A stretch of DNA of 63,481 bases, filler included, from Hyphochytrium catenoides (lineage: Eukaryota > Protista > Hyphochytriomycota): assembly GCA_900088475.1 (NCBI GenBank). It is 11 parts of 11 records of this genome, joined end to end, with 100 filler letters (N's around TTAATTAATTAA, not from the genome) between each part and the next. Parts side by side here need not be neighbours in the genome. Positions count along the whole stretch, not along the records: positions 34,356 to 52,884 come from FLMG01003798.1; 10 more parts are not named here. One strand, written 5' to 3'. The notes below the pieces were generated by a model. It worked only from the letters and a program-made list of their open reading frames with translations, had not been told where the DNA came from and did not search any database. Position 1 is the first letter of the stretch, and every line of letters starts with the position of its first letter. Shown here piece by piece: positions 37,070 to 49,673 of this stretch. The position numbers were made by a program, and so were the translations under genes.

Positions 37070-38003
37070 TTCCCCTCTCTCCCATTGCATTCCTCTCACC
37101 CCCTCTCTCTCTCTCACAATCTCTCATTCTCTCGTCTCTCCCTCCCTCTCTCGTCTTCTTCCCTCATTCTCTCCCCTCTCTCTTCTCCCGCTCTCTCTCT
37201 CGTTCTCTCTCTCTCTCGCCCGGCTATCTCTCTTGTGATTCTTTCCCCCTCAAGCAGCCAAGAAAGAAAGTTCTGAACGGTATTTTCCCGAACTGGCCAG
37301 AAGCGCGCGTTTCGATTATTTCAACTAAAATGCAGTGGTCATTTCAGGTAATCAGTTGAAACGAAATCTATAGGTCAGGAATATTTCCACCAGACTCAAG
37401 AGGTAAAGATCGAGAAAGAGAAATAGAGAGAGAGAGAAATAGAGAGAGAGAGTTAGAGAAAGTGAGAAAAAGAGANNNNNNNNNNNNNNNNNNNNNNNNN
37501 NNNNNNNNNNNNNNNNNNNNNNNNNNNNNNNNNNNNNNNNNNNNNNNNNNNNNNNAACATTCAGAAGCAAGAAAACAATGCAGAAAACGACAGATTTTGG
37601 GTTGGCGGCAAAGAGGAGGAGGGAGAAAGGAGAGAGAGAAGTTGCAGGCGAGGGAGAGAGAGAGCAAGCCGCATCCCGCCAAACGAAGGACAGAGGTTCA
37701 AGAAGGCAAAGGGAGAAACGGGAGAGAGAGAGACAGGGAAGAGAGAGACGAGAGAACAGACAGCAACCACGCATTCTCACCCCCGATACCGAAGCCGAAG
37801 AAGCAACTTGGCAGTGGCGCACTAACTAGTTCAGAGAGAGAAAGAGAGAAGAAGAAAGGCTTGTCAATTCTTCATTCAGTGACATCTCTTTTCCTTCTTC
37901 TTCTCTCTTCCATCGTTTGCCCCCACTCTCCCTAGCTCTTGGTTGCAGCAAGAGGAAGCAAGGCGGAGGAAAGAGAGAGAGAAAGAGAGAGACTGAAGAA
38001 GAG

Positions 38004-38783
38004 ATGCCCTTCTATTATAAGAAAGACTTCAAGGTGGGACGGATGGCAAAAAGAAGAGAAGAAGAAGGAGCGCCTCCAAAAGAAGAAGAAGAAGAACGTC
38101 ATCAGCCTCTGGTGGAAGATCAAGAAGGAGAAGAAGCAGGAGCAAGAAGAGAGAGAAAGATGAAAGAAGAAGAAGAGGAGAATAGCCCAACGCAGAGAGA
38201 GAAGACAGAAGACAACGAGGAAGAAGAAAGACAAGAAGGAGAGACGAGAGAGAGAGAGCGAGGTCATAGGCCCTCTCCCCCATATTATGCGGTCATCTTT
38301 ACCTCTACCCGGCAGCGAAAACCTTCTCTTTCTCTCTCTCTCCCTCTCTCGACCGCCGATCATCAAGAAGAGGAAGAAAGAGAACCTGCAGAGAAAGGAG
38401 AGAAAGAGAATGGCAAACCTAACCACCAGAGCAAGAGAGAGAGGAGAGGAGAGGTTGAAGAAGAAGAGAGAGAGAGAGAGAAAAGAGGACAAGAAGAAGA
38501 GGAGGATGGATACGGGAAGATGTCGGAGAGAATGGTAGAGCTCGTGGAGAGAGAGAGAGGATTCTTGGGATGGGAAAGTGCGAGAGGAGAAGATGGGCTG
38601 GGGATCACTGTTTCGTACTGGAGAGACCTGGAGACTGTGAGACAGTGGAAGAGAGAGAGAGAACACCAAGAGGCGCAAAAGAAAGGGAGAAAGAGCTGGT
38701 ACTCGGGGTATAATGTTAGGGTTTGTCGAGTAGAGAGAGAGTACAGCTTTGGAGAACTTCTCCCTCTTCCTCCTTCTTCCTAG
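38004..38783 (+). CDS. Antibiotic-biosynthesis-monooxygenase (ABM; YqjZ/HmoA-like) protein with Glu/Arg-rich extension and insert
   Basis: PPYYAVIFTS...DGYGKMSERMVELVERERGFLGWESARGEDGLGITVSYWRDLETVRQWK...HQEAQKKGRKSWYSGYNVRVCRVEREYSF. Single open frame. Confidence 0.82.
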   Translation: MPFYYKKDFKVGRMAKRREEEGAPPKEEEEERHQPLVEDQEGEEAGARRERKMKEEEEENSPTQREKTEDNEEEERQEGETRERERGHRPSPPYYAVIFTSTRQRKPSLSLSLPLSTADHQEEEEREPAEKGEKENGKPNHQSKRERRGEVEEEEREREKRGQEEEEDGYGKMSERMVELVERERGFLGWESARGEDGLGITVSYWRDLETVRQWKREREHQEAQKKGRKSWYSGYNVRVCRVEREYSFGELLPLPPSS

Positions 38784-38813
38784 TTCTGCAAGTCAGTCTC
38801 GGAGGAAAACGAG

Positions 38814-38851
<38 letters not shown>

Positions 38852-39222
38852 GCTAGAGGCAGATCCTCCTCCTCCGCAAACGTCTAAACATAGTCTGAGA
38901 ACGACGAGGAGAGAGAGAAAGACAGAGAAAAGAGAGACCACGAGAGCGAGGCACGCTAGTTGGAGAAGAAACCTTCGTTCCTCCACCTTCGTATAGGTCC
39001 CCATCACGGTACGTAGAACTTTGAGGAGGACGAGAAGAGCGAGAGAGTGAATTGAAAGAGAGAGAGAGAGAGAGAGAAAGGCTGATGGAGACAGAAGCAA
39101 TAATCCAATGATCACATCCTTCCTTTTTTCTCAACATGATTGAAAAGGAAGAACCCTGGTCGCCTTTGATAATGTACCTCTGGCGCTTCCCTCTTCTTTT
39201 AGCCAAGCGACCATGTCGTTCT

Positions 39223-39263
<41 letters not shown>

Positions 39264-39402
39264 TAACTCTCTCTTTCTCTCCCTCCCCCTTTCTCATTGT
39301 CTCTCTCTCTCTCATTGCGTCTCTCTCTTTTTCATAGTGTCTCTCCCTCTCCGTTCATCCATCTTGGCGAAAAATTTTCTGCTGCAGCTTTCTGGCAGCT
39401 TA

Positions 39403-39441
<39 letters not shown>

Positions 39442-40636
39442 CTTATCAAGCAAAATTCTCTGCACCTGATTAGGGTTCTTCCTCTTCTTCTCCTCGCCTT
39501 CTCTCCTCTCTTCTTGTACGCATCGCACCGTCTCTTCTTCTTCTCCCTCACACACACTTGCTTGATCTCTCTCTGTCTCTTTATCACCGTCGTCTTCCTC
39601 TCTGCTTTGTTCATTCCGATACCGCGTTCCTGAAAAAGAGATAATAGGATCCCTGTCGTTTGTTTCTCTTCTTTTCTCTCTGCGTCTCTCTCCTTCATCT
39701 TCTTCCGCCTGGGAGCGTGAGAGCTGGACAAATGTTAGGGGAAATGAAGAGAGAAGAATGGCCATCAGAATGCCGCCGCTGTCCGGCTTCTTCCTCTTCT
39801 TCAAAGTCACTGCTTCTCTCTCTCCCTGTTCTATTTTTTCTTTCTCTCCCTGCCATCTTTCTTCTTTGGTGACTTCCTAGCCCTTCTCTCTCTTCTTTTT
39901 TTCTTCCTCCATCTCTCTCCGCTCTGTCTTGCTCTCTCTTTCTCTTGTCCGCGGTCTATTGGTCTGTGGCGAACCTACGACGGTTCTCAGGTTCACTTTT
40001 CTCCCGCTTTAGTTCTCTCTCTCTCTCTAGCTCGGGATCTCTTGTTGTCTTTGTCTCCATCTCTTTCTCTCTCCTTTTCTCTCTCTCTCTCTTTCGTCCT
40101 TCTGTTTCTCTGCTTGCCAAAGGAACTTGAAGGAGCTTGAAGGCTGCGCAGGTGTTAGGGAACGGCAGGAAGACCACATCCTTCTTTTCCTCATCATCCT
40201 TTTCTCTCTTTCCCTGATTCTCTCTCCCCGCTCTCTGTCTCTTTCTCTCCTTCTATGATTTTCGGTCTCTCTCCATCTCTCTTTTGCTTTCTTTCTGTCT
40301 ACTTGTCTCTCGTTCTCTGTCTCTCTGTCTTTTTCTCTCTCTCTCTCCATCTCTCTCTCTCTCTCCCAACCTACTGCTTGCTTGCGGAAGGAGGAGGTTG
40401 AAGGCTGCACAATGTTGGGGATAACCCTTGATCTCCCATCCCTTGGAGCATCGTCGATGCGTCTTGCCTTTCTTTCTCTCACTTTCTCTCTCTCTCTCCC
40501 TCTCCCTCTCGATCTCGCGCGCTCTCTCTCTCTCTCGCTCTCTGCCTCCTCTCTCTCTTGCTCTCTGCCCTCTCTCTCNNNNNNNNNNNNNNNNNNNNNN
40601 NNNNNNNNNNNNNNNNNNNNNNNNCTCTCTTTCTCT

Positions 40637-40674
<38 letters not shown>

Positions 40675-40976
40675 CTTTTTCTCTTTTCGTCCTTTCATTC
40701 TGTTTGTTTGCGAAAGGAACGAAGGAGCTTAAAGTCTGCACAGATGTAACCCTTAATCTCTCATCCCTTGGAGCAACGTCGTTGCGTCTCTTCTTTCTCT
40801 CTCTCTCATGCTCTTTCTCTCTTTCTTTCCTCTCCCTGTCTCTCTTCTCCTCCAACTCTTTTTCTTTCTGTTCTTCTGTTTCCCTCTCGCTCCTCTCTGC
40901 TAGGCGTTTCTCTTCGAGACATCTTCTGAGGACGCGATAGCAGCGCAGAGAGTATAGAATGTGAGAGGGAGGGAGG

Positions 40977-41063
<87 letters not shown>

Positions 41064-42126
41064 GTAGATAGAAAAGCGAGGGAATGGCGGCAGGGGAGGG
41101 GAGAGAGAGGAAAGAGAGAGGTAAGAAAGAGAGAGCGAGACACAGCGAGAGAGAGACAGAGAGAGAAACACAGGGAGAGAGAGACAGAGAGAGAAACACA
41201 GGGAGAGAGAGAGAAGAGGAGGAGGACAAGCACAAGAAGAAAGAGAGAGAGAGACAGAGAGTGAGACAAAGAGAGAGAGACGGCCAAAATGATGTATCCT
41301 ACAAAGATGCTTGTACGTCTAAGATCGTAAAGGTAATTTCAGCTTTTTCCACCGGCAGTTTCTCATATTTTGTCAAAGGTTTATTGAACTAGAAGGAAGT
41401 CTAAAGGGCGAGTAGCGGAAATTAGTCACAAAAGATCTTTTTGCGGGTTGATGGGTTTGAGTGCATTTTTCCCCCCTTCAAGTGGACGCGGAAAGGAGTT
41501 TTATCCTAAGCTTTTATTCGGCGCATAGAGCAGATCTCGTCTTCCTCCGTTTTGATGCACGACCGCCATCAAACAGTCCCTGAGCCGTGCACGACCTGGT
41601 CAAATCCAATCCTTCGCCGGGGCATCAGGATCTAGTCCCATAAAGGCAAACACTAGGTCCATTCAGGAGGATTTGAGGTGAGGTTACCTAAACATTCGCC
41701 GTATAGCCATCGTTTATTCTGCTCGGGTCCTGGGCTGGTTTCCTTGCGACGACAGACAGGCAAGCGGCTGGCCAAAGGAGCAAGGTCTGTTGATGGTTTA
41801 TGGAGGTTTGTTTGTGATCTAATTGCTTTTTATTGGAAATGAAGTATCTAGTAGGATAGCCGCCAATCAGAAGCTTTATAAAGAGTCACATTTAAGGAGG
41901 CTTTATGGCTTTTTATGTTGATAGTGTTTTCTGGGAGTGATTGATGGCAACTCATCCTTCATCATCCATCATCTTTCCTCTTTGGCCATGCATCCTTCTT
42001 TCCTCTCTCTGTGTTGTGTGTGTCTCTCTCTCCCTCATTCTCTCTCTGCCTCTCTCTCCCTCACACAGTTTCTCTCCTTTTTCCTCTCCTTCTCTCTCGC
42101 TCGCTCGCTCGCCCTCTCTCTCTTTC

Positions 42127-42161
<35 letters not shown>

Positions 42162-42703
42162 GTTTTGAGGGTGACAGAGCGAGTGAGAAGTGCTGAGAGA
42201 AAGTTAGCGACNNNNNNNNNNNNNNNNNNNNNNNNNNNNNNNNNNNNNNNNNNNNNNNNNNNNNNNNNNNNNNNNNNNNNNNNNNNNNNNNNNNNNNNNN
42301 NNNNNNNNNNNNNNNNNNNNNNNNNNNNNNNTAAGGAAAAGGATAAAGAGAAAACGAGACGGAGTAAGAGAAGAAAGAGAGAGAGAAAGAGAAAAACAGA
42401 TGAGGGACTGGAGCATGACAACTCCTTCCTCTTCTAGAACCACCGCCGCAATGTCCAAAGGAGCCAAGAGAGAGCAGCAACGTAAAAGATGTCGAACTTT
42501 TTTGGATGTGCTTTCTGGACTCTTTGTCTCTCTCCAGCTCATCAACTTCCTCTTGATAATGGAAGACTAGTCCTGCAACGGACTGGACTCCAAAAGTCCA
42601 GAACCAACTGGACGAGAGAAGAGGGAAGACCCACAAACAAAGAAAGACAATAGTACGGAGGAGACAGCGAAAGAAAGAAAAGAGCGAGAGAGACAAAGAC
42701 GGG

Positions 42704-42737
<34 letters not shown>

Positions 42738-42975
42738 TTCGAGAATGGAGGAAGCGCGCGTGCGACCTGGGGTCACTTCACAAGTTTCTAGTTCCAGCAC
42801 ACTCTACCGTGGGAACTCTATAACAGCAACAGACTGGAAAGAAGAAAAGAGAGAAGGCGACACGCTGTCAACCTCTCTCTCTCTCTCTCTCCCCCTCCCC
42901 TTTTCTCTTTGTCGTTCCTCCTGAAGACCATCCGGGACAAGTGGCAAACCAGTAACAAACAACTCCCCAAGCAAG

Positions 42976-44283
42976 ATGCCACGCCTCTCTCTTCTCTCTC
43001 TCTTCTCCCTTCTCTCCGTCTCTCCTCTTCTTCTTCTCTCCCCTTCTCCTGTCGCGTCCTCTCCTCTCCTCCGCCAAGAAGAAGACCTTCCCTCCCCAGA
43101 TCTACCCTCAGACCCGTCCCAAGAGGAGGAGCCGCTGACCCTCCTCCCGACGACGGCCCCAGTAGATTTATTAGGAATCATGAAGTATCCCAACGCGGCC
43201 TTCGCTTACTTAGACAAGGAAAACCTACTGATCACCAGCTTTGCCGCTTTTGGCACGGACACTGTCGCGCAGATTCCCGATATCTCTGCCGCGATCCGCG
43301 CGAACATTACCTTAGCCAAGCCGTCCGTTATCTCTTCCTCGGTCACCTGGCCCAACGAGGCCAAGAGCATTCCTAAGGACGCCATCCCAGGCTTTCCTGA
43401 TGTCCTCGTGGTCGCCGGCGGGTTCCTCGTACCTGGAAAGGGGAATGGAGCTATCACGCTCATCGATAGAAAGACAGGCAAGCAGCAGGCTATCTCTAAC
43501 GTGAAGAACCTCTTCTTCCACCAGGTGGAATGGATGGACGTAGATAATGACGGGCTTCTGGACATTGTCACCGCGGGCGCGAGCAAACCTATTGTCGGGT
43601 CAGGACAAGCATCTCTTTTCTGGCTTAAGCAGCCCGCAAAGAACCCTCTGGGAACCATCTGGCAGACGACTAAAGTTATCGATGGACCAGACGTGTTCTT
43701 CTCGATTGAAGACCTGGATGGCGATGGCGCATTGGATATGCTAGTCCCTCAGTTCTTCTCAAACAAGCTAATGCTCTATCGCAAGCTAGACTGGTTGAAC
43801 CCGTCCAAGGGCTTCATTCCTACGCTCATCGATGATAAGATTGGTCCACTGTTCCAAGCTTTCCCTGTGGATCTGAACGGAGATGGAAAGAAAGAGATTC
43901 TTTGCACCAACCACGTCGGAGATAGCAAGGGCGGGGCGATGTATGTCTATGAGCTTCCGTCTTTCAAGAAGAAGCTGATTGCCGATGGCTTTGTTAACAG
44001 GCTTTCTGGTCCAGGACAGGCCTCTCCTGGTGCTCCGTTTGTTGTCTATCCTACCGCCAACTCGACCCTGCCCTCGATTCTCCTCGCGGGAGACGGCAGC
44101 GGCATGGCTTATCTCTTCACTCCGAAAGACAAAGAGTTCAACTATGAGCAGTCGTTGGTGGTGGACGTGGGCAAGAACACGGTCGGGCACATTGCTGCGG
44201 GAGATGTCGATAATGATGGAAAGGCGGAGATCTTTATCCCAATCTACGACGCGGGGCAGATCTATGTCTACCGCTTCAAGTAG
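42976..44283 (+). CDS. Secreted FG-GAP/VCBS-repeat beta-propeller protein (435 aa, intronless)
   Basis: Hydrophobic N-terminal signal peptide and four DxDxDG-type motifs (DVDNDGLLD, DLDGDGALD, DLNGDGKKE, DVDNDGKAE). Confidence 0.88.
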   Translation: MPRLSLLSLFSLLSVSPLLLLSPSPVASSPLLRQEEDLPSPDLPSDPSQEEEPLTLLPTTAPVDLLGIMKYPNAAFAYLDKENLLITSFAAFGTDTVAQIPDISAAIRANITLAKPSVISSSVTWPNEAKSIPKDAIPGFPDVLVVAGGFLVPGKGNGAITLIDRKTGKQQAISNVKNLFFHQVEWMDVDNDGLLDIVTAGASKPIVGSGQASLFWLKQPAKNPLGTIWQTTKVIDGPDVFFSIEDLDGDGALDMLVPQFFSNKLMLYRKLDWLNPSKGFIPTLIDDKIGPLFQAFPVDLNGDGKKEILCTNHVGDSKGGAMYVYELPSFKKKLIADGFVNRLSGPGQASPGAPFVVYPTANSTLPSILLAGDGSGMAYLFTPKDKEFNYEQSLVVDVGKNTVGHIAAGDVDNDGKAEIFIPIYDAGQIYVYRFK

Positions 44284-45301
44284 AAAACCACAGTGATGAG
44301 AGAGAGAAAGAGAGAGAGAGAGGTGTCTCTCTGTCTCTTTCCCCTTGGCTTTGTTGGAGCAGGGCCATGGCACCTGAGCTTGTCAGCAGATCCTTGCTTT
44401 ATCCTTTTAGTTTATAAAAAAGAAGTGTAATTTCAGATGTTTCCTTTTGTCAAGTAAGGGCGGGTTCTTCTCGCTTCTCCTCTTAATGTTATTATCCCTG
44501 AGAATGGGGAAAGAAAGTCCTTCGAGCTCTCAGTCGTCTCTCTTCCTCTCTCTCTTTTTGAACCGCTAATGTTTAATTCTTTATCTGCTCTCTCTGTATC
44601 TCCTCCCTTGTCTGATCAGTCTCATCTTCTTCCTTTTTAGGCGTGTTAGCACCGTGGTTGCTCTATCTTCTGTCTCTTTGGCGTCTCTAGTGCTCTCTCT
44701 CTCGAACTGATGACATAGCTTTTATATCCAAAAATGAAGGAAGACACTTGTGATGACGTGCAATCTGTCAAAGAAAGAGAGAGAGAGAAAGAGAAAGAAT
44801 GATGGGAGAGAGAACGATTGAGAGAAGAGTGAAACAGAGAATGAGAAAAAGGGTGAGAGAGGAAGAACGAGAGGCAAAGAAAGAACAAGAGAGAGAGAGG
44901 AGAGAGGCAGGAAGGAGAGAGAAGAAAGAGAGCAACCGCCAACAACATGGGAGGCTGTATCATAGGAACGTCTTCTCATTTGAAGAACATCTCTTCTGAT
45001 GTCTCGAAGGAGGTAAAGAGCCCGAGAAAAACGGAGCTTTCTGACTTCAGAAAGATGGCTGTGTTGGATGTGGGATACAATTCCTCTACTGCTAGACAGA
45101 TATATCTATTTTGAACTCTACTCTTTTGTCTCTGCTCTTGACAGTCCCTCTCTCTTTTTTCTCTCTTTAGTTCGGAGGCTACTCCTGCAGTCTCTCTCTC
45201 TCTCTCTCCTTCTATTATTCTAACCTTGCTATGTCTCCTATAACTACGGTTCTTGATCTGGACTTTGTACCTGCTGGACTACGGATTGCTCTGTCTCTCT
45301 G

Positions 45302-45336
<35 letters not shown>

Positions 45337-45451
45337 TGTCCAACTGATAAACCTTACAAACTATACACAGACTGATGTATAAAAACACTCAACGTAGGAC
45401 AACAAAGAAACATAAATACTGGGGACAGAAATAGTCAGCCATCTTCGACTT

Positions 45452-45490
<39 letters not shown>

Positions 45491-45525
45491 AGCGGCGAGA
45501 AAGGTGTTAACCCATCAACCACTGC

Positions 45526-45936
45526 TTACTTCCTCACGGGAAGTGTGACAGAGAACTTTCTTGATCGGCCCTCTCCTCTTGCCTCTCTCGAGGGAAAGAG
45601 CAAAGAGGAGAGAGAAGAGGAGAATCGACGAGAGGAGAGAAGGCCTCCAACCTCTTTTCCGCTACGAGGCTCTCTCGCTTCCTTCGGAGCATCAGGACAG
45701 AGAGAAGGTAGAGGAGGAGACATGCCACCGGTAGAAGAGACAGACGAGTTGCTTCTCTTGACGCGGTGGATAAGAGGAGGGGCGCGGGTTGGAGCGAGAA
45801 CATCTGCAAGATCTTGACTGTTTCTCTTCCTGAGTGTTCGCGGCAGGGATTGAGTCATCATCACGCTGTTGGCGGGGATGGCGCGGAAGTTGGGCGGCGA
45901 GGAGGCAGAGCGGAAGCTTCTGAAGTTGGGATCCAT
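45526..45936 (-). CDS. Hypothetical Ser/Pro/Arg-rich protein, possibly a first exon
   Basis: ATG-initiated MDPNFRSFRSASSPPNF...RKFSVTLP. A GTAAG donor overlaps the apparent stop. Confidence 0.35.
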   Translation of the reverse strand: MDPNFRSFRSASSPPNFRAIPANSVMMTQSLPRTLRKRNSQDLADVLAPTRAPPLIHRVKRSNSSVSSTGGMSPPLPSLCPDAPKEAREPRSGKEVGGLLSSRRFSSSLSSLLFPSREARGEGRSRKFSVTLPVRK

Positions 45937-46730
45937 GATGTCTTTCTTCTGTCTCTTTGGCTTCTGTTCTTGAGGCAGGAGAGAGAGAGCTTGTAAAAAG
46001 GAGAAGAGAAAACCGGAATTGTATGGGGAGGAACAAGGTGTGCCAAGTTGCCTGCGTCTCTCTGTCTTTCTTTCCTTGTGCTCGTCTCGCTCTTTCTTTC
46101 TTCTGAGGACCAAGCCAGCAGTTGGTCTCGCCGTGCTTGAAGTCTAGCGTGGGCAGAAAGTCGCAGAGTGAGGATGCTTTCCTTTAGCCATTTGACAGGC
46201 CCCTAAGAGACGTAGCAGCAAAGGAAGAAGAGAGACTGGATGAAGAAGGAGGGAGGGAGAGAGAGAAAGACTCCTCTTCCTAAAGATGATGGATGTTTGT
46301 GAGAGAGAATCAAGTTAGAGAGAGAGAAGCCCATTGCCTTCTCTTGGGCTTGATCACAAGGAGCAAAGCACGAGAGAGAGAGAGCCAGAAAGACACGAAG
46401 AGCCAGTTCCATAGGTAGAATGCTTGAGAAAGTGGTGCATGCGAGATAAAAATGTGTGGAGATAGTGAGTCTGCTGCGAGAGCGGAAACAATGGAGAGAG
46501 AGAGAGACTAGACCTTCTCTTTTTTACCATCATAGTCAATAACAAAGAGGAAGAAGAGGCTAGAGCCACAAGTCTTACTTTCTTCACCACCTCTTCTCCC
46601 CCTCCTCCCGCCATCATAATCTAAAGATAGCCAGGAAAAGTCATAGTTTCTTTCCCCAGCGCATGAATGAAGAGAGGCAGAGAGTGAGCGAGCGAGAGCG
46701 TGCGCGACCGAGAGAGGGAGAGAGAGAGAG

Positions 46731-46803
<73 letters not shown>

Positions 46804-47374
46804 TCGAAAGAGCGAAAGAACACCTTCAACAAGCCAGCTATCACTAAGCTGACTATGGGGATCGGCCAACACTGTACGTGGTAAATCTTTAGGAAGAGTC
46901 TGAGGAAAGCTTGACAGGACGCCCAGCGAGACGGCTAAGCTTCTGGGAACAGGCAACCAGGAGTGCGGCAAACTCACTTTTGGTGATCTTCGTGACTTCC
47001 ATTGGAAACATCTCTAGATATTTGAGTGTATGAGTTCTGCTCCTTCTATTGCCTACTAATACGAGGCTAAGAAATGACAGGAATTCAAGCAGAGCCGCTA
47101 AAGAGCCAGATGTTTACTCTACGAGAGGCAGTCAGTTCTCCTAGTAGTACTACTGGCTTGGGAAGTGTTCGGGGCATAAGTGTAGACCTAGATATGGGGT
47201 AAAACCACAGAGCAGATTGTATCACTAACAATAGTTTTTGGGGTTAGGGGTTAGAAAACGAAAGAGAGAGAAGAGGAGGGAGAGTGACAGAGAAAAAAAA
47301 AAAGAGTGAGAGAGTGTATGTGTGTGTGTGTCAGGGAGGAGAGAGAGAGGAAGAGAGGGAGAGAGAGCGAGAGC

Positions 47375-47413
<39 letters not shown>

Positions 47414-49013
47414 GAAAGAGAAAAGAGAGAGAGAGAGAGAGAGAAAGAGTTAAGCTTGGGGTTTCCAGCGCTTAGACTGTACAACTGTTTTATCGTCCAT
47501 ACAAAACGGTAGTAGAACTAGTGTTTTGTATCAAATTCCGCAATTCCGCTGCACGTGCTGGAAAATGGACTAATAATTTCAGATCCTCGGCCTTCCTACC
47601 CAGGCGACACTGTCCAGATCGCGTGTAAGGTCCAGCGCTGGGACTTGACCGAGGACTTGTAAGTTTGGACAAGTCGTACTTGTGCTGTTTGATCAGGAGT
47701 AACAACCTCCACCATGATCCACCAAGTCTCAGATATTGCCACTGGCACGCCATCATCGAGAATTACTTACTGCTTGGTTCTTGGCCACATCCTCACTAGA
47801 AATAAATGAGCAGAGACAGCCCAGGACGGGTGAATCTATTTTCTTGGTACTAGAACTATTAGTGCAAAATAACAGGGAACAGCGCCACGACCAGGAATAG
47901 TGCTATATATTTCTATAGAAACAATGAACCAGTAGCTCTACTCTGCTTTTCACTTAGCGAGAACATTGGCTTTCTAGAATCCACTGAGATACAGAAGCCA
48001 AGACTGGAAGACAGGCGCAGAGCAGCTTTATAGCGCGACCAAGTGTAGGGCATTTGTCATAGAGAGAAAAAGAAGAAGTTCATAGCAGTAGACCCATGAC
48101 TTGCTATAGAAAGTCACACCATCATCACGCCATCACGATTTTTCCTATCTCTTTTAGATTTTTGCAGAATGAGAGTCCTGTCTCTGACTAACCCTCATCT
48201 GGCGTCTCTCTTCCTAGGACGTCACTTATAGGACCAACTACGGGGCTTGGACCGTCAAATTTCATACATTTTCCGCGTCTGATTCCCCCGGACCTGCCCT
48301 AATGTTATCTAGGGCCTCGCACACAGTTGACGAACCCTCCTCTCTCTCTCTCTCTCTTCTCCTTTTTCTCTCTCTTCTTTCCTCCTCTCTTTTCTCTCCT
48401 TCTCTCCTCTCTCTCTCTCTCTCTCTCCTTCACTCTCTCTTCCCTCTCTGTCTCTCTCCTTTTCTCTCTCTCTCCTTCTCTCTCTCTCTCCCCTTCTCTT
48501 TCTCTCTCTCTCTCTCTCTCTTTTCTATCTTTGTGAAACCTCTCTTTTCCAGGGCAGTCTGGTCCTTTGTTCTCTTGGCACCGTTCCTTTACGGTGCCTT
48601 CTGTGATCGCTTTTCTTTCACTCTCTCCTCTCTGCCTGCCTGTTTGCCTCTGTCCCTCTTTATTTCTATTGGCTTTCTCTTCTCTCTTCTGCTATTCACT
48701 TTCTCTTTTCTTTACTCTTCACTAGAGAGGACCAGCGAAAAAGGCTTCTCCTTTTGCAGACACTTCTCCACTTTCTTCTTCTCCTTCCACACCCACAGGA
48801 AGAGAAGGAAAAAGCCAAGAAGAAAGAGTCTTTGGCCTAGTGATCTCTCTTCTGACACCCATACGGAGGAGAGGCCCTATTACAAGCAGACTGTAAAGAG
48901 AAGAAAGCATCATCCTCTCTCTTCCCTACGCCTCTTACTTCCTGTCTCTGCCTCTGTCCCTTCTTCTTCCTCTCTTTCTCTCTCCTTCTTGGCGAGAATT
49001 GGATTAATAACTT

Positions 49014-49642
49014 ATGAAGAGGACGTATCTTCTTGCCCTTCTCTTGCTCCTCAGCCCTTTTGGAACCCTAATTGACGGCTGGAAAGGGAAAGAGAAAGAA
49101 GGAGAGAGACACTTGCGCCGGGCCCTCTTTTTCTCCCGCTCTCTTGCGGAGAGTAAACCGTCCACTGCTAGTAATGGCAGAATAACCAAGAAACAGGTGA
49201 CAGTTCTGCCTCCTCTCCCTCTCTCTCTCTCTCTCTCACTCTCTCTCTGTGTCTTAATCTCTCTCTCTCTCTTATTCTCTTTCTCTCCTTTCTGTTCTGT
49301 TTCTTCTCCCATCTTCCTTTCTGGCAAGCGCTTCTCACTCTCTCTCCACTCTCCGTCTCTCTTTCTCTCTTTCTCTCTCACGCTCACTGTCCTCCTCCCC
49401 TCCTTAAGCTAGGTCATCAATGTTCTTGCGATCTCACTTAACTCTTTCTCTCTCTTTCTCTCTCTCTCTCTCTCTTTCTCTCACGGCGCCACATCCTCTG
49501 CATCGCTGGATCCTCCCCGACTTGCAGGAGGACTCTACGGTCATTTCCGCTCTTGCAGCTAAGAACCCCGCTGAATTTGAGAAAAGACTTCAGAAGTTGA
49601 GCGCAGCGCAACTGAAAGAGGTAACCTCCCATTTCTCTCTCT

Positions 49643-49673
<31 letters not shown>

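Noticed and set aside
41855-41890. CCAAT plus TATA promoter
   Set aside because: Short motifs with no supported downstream gene.
47236-47254. Telomere (GGGGTTAGGGGTTAG)
   Set aside because: Only two units, internal to a contig.
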